Positions 62,713 through 64,000 of a stretch of DNA of 64,000 nucleotides are shown piece by piece. Numbering within the stretch: the first letter of the stretch is position 1; each line of letters starts with the position of its first letter. The stretch covers positions 21,189,665-21,253,664 of the forward strand of contig CM119269.1 in assembly GCA_051294375.1 (NCBI GenBank), given 5' to 3'. The notes below the pieces were generated by a model, which saw only the letters and a list, made by a program, of their open reading frames with translations, did not search any database and was not told where the DNA came from. The position numbers and the translations under genes were made by a program. This stretch comes from Paraspadella gotoi. Its lineage: Eukaryota > Animalia > Chaetognatha.

Positions 62713-63821
62713 GTAATTCAATGCTCTTTCACAATGCAAAAAAAATATTTTCTATCTGGTACAGTACCTTTTCTCTAGACTCCGAAGTTCAGGAATGAAT
62801 AACTCATAAAATATCGTTTATAATGAGCTAAGATTTTCGTAAAAAAGATGAAGGAAAATTTGCTCTATTGCCCACCTGATGGAAAATAATCAATTCAAAA
62901 ATTTTGCGCTAAGGTCTTGATTTATTTTTTATTTTGTTTTGCTTCTAAAACAGGCTATTTCTTTTTTAATTTGTTTTATTTTGGTCCATATTAATCGACT
63001 AACATGCCCCGCACATATTGATGAATTTCAGGGAGGTATTTAAAAAAAAATTAGGAGTTACACATAAAAATCAGTTTAAAACTTTTTCACTAAAATAGTT
63101 AAAATAATAAATCAAAATTTCGTGATGATTTAAAATATTGTAAAAGGTGCTGCTTAACCTAAGACAACCCCAAATTTAAAAAAAATTAATATTACCACAT
63201 TTTAGAAAAAACTTGGATTACAAGATTAAAACATTTGTCATTTTTTGAGATATGCAGTCTATATTAAATTTTCTGTCCAGCAAAAGAGGGAATCAGCTGA
63301 TTCACAATATATGTTATATATATAGACTTTTTAAAAATTAACTTGAGTAATATGACCCAATAACTGTCAAAATACCTAAAAAAAACACAAATTTTCAATC
63401 ACTAAACAGCCACCTAAAATTATTAATTAAAATTTTATCTGTAATTTTATACCACTTAAAGTTAAAAATGAAGGAAAACAGATTTATAATTTTTGATTAG
63501 TTTCAAAGTTATTAACCAAAATGTGCAGTGTTAACACAACAAGTTAGATTGAGAAAATTATTTTTTGTAGGGTAAAATATTATAACAGTACAGCGTCGGC
63601 GTCAATATTTACAGGACTGCGGAAAAAACAAAACAAAGGACATCAGTTTGAAAAAGATAGGTGTGTGAAAAAGTAAGTGACTAGTAAGTGAGTTAGCAAG
63701 TGAGTGAGTGAGTGAGTGAGTGAGAAAAAGAGAGAGGGGCAGACTCAAAGGTTTGCGCGTTTGTTGATTGCTGAAAGCTTACCAAATTATGGTGGAACTA
63801 AATCCCACCAACCGTTCATCA

Positions 63822-64000
63822 GCCGGCCATTAGTGCCGAGGCAAGGTCAGTTCGCTCCCAACCCAAGGTCCGGGGTTCTAGCCCGGGTGGCGCCTAGCAG
63901 TTAAGAGGGACGGGCCGCTTAACCCGCCTGTAACATGGGTGTTACAGCCTGTGATCGAGCTCAGGACTGCTTATATTGAACGTTCTTTCATAACACTTGT
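63822..64000 (+). mobile_element. Possible tRNA-derived SINE head
   Basis: A-box-like TAGTGCCGAGG and B-box-like GGTTCTAGCC with tRNA-like spacing in a GC-rich block; no clean cloverleaf. Confidence 0.4.

Noticed and set aside
63790-63825. Possible second hammerhead (CUGAUGA on the minus strand)
   Set aside because: No correctly placed GAAA or stem III after the hairpin.

Overview
AT-rich, intron-dense invertebrate (metazoan) genomic DNA with one 10-N gap and a few probable homopolymer assembly indels. Genes reconstructed by hand from splice sites: a ~27-finger C2H2 zinc-finger gene (+, ~2974-16440); USP47-like deubiquitinase (-, 36314-20112) with a GH18 chitinase nested antisense in one intron; an orphan furin-repeat/TM/acidic-tail gene (-, ~39923-37258); a furin-type proprotein convertase with two alternative 3' ends (-, 51555-40584); a GT31 beta-1,3-galactosyltransferase (-); and KIF9 (+). 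The most striking feature is the zinc-finger gene. Its middle is a tandem array of 11 frame-neutral (phase 0/phase 0) two-finger cassettes in the order A-B-C-A-B-C-A-B-A-B-D. Several introns between cassettes carry recurrent self-complementary motifs (TGGATCGATCCA; CACTGCGCAGTG), and a downstream 17-nt site is complementary to two of them. This looks like an RNA-pairing-driven, Dscam-like combinatorial splicing system for a transcription factor, but that is an inference needing RNA data. Also seen: a miniature LTR element with a tRNA-Trp-like PBS and a 5S-like LTR segment, and a minimal hammerhead ribozyme in a Penelope-like inverted repeat.
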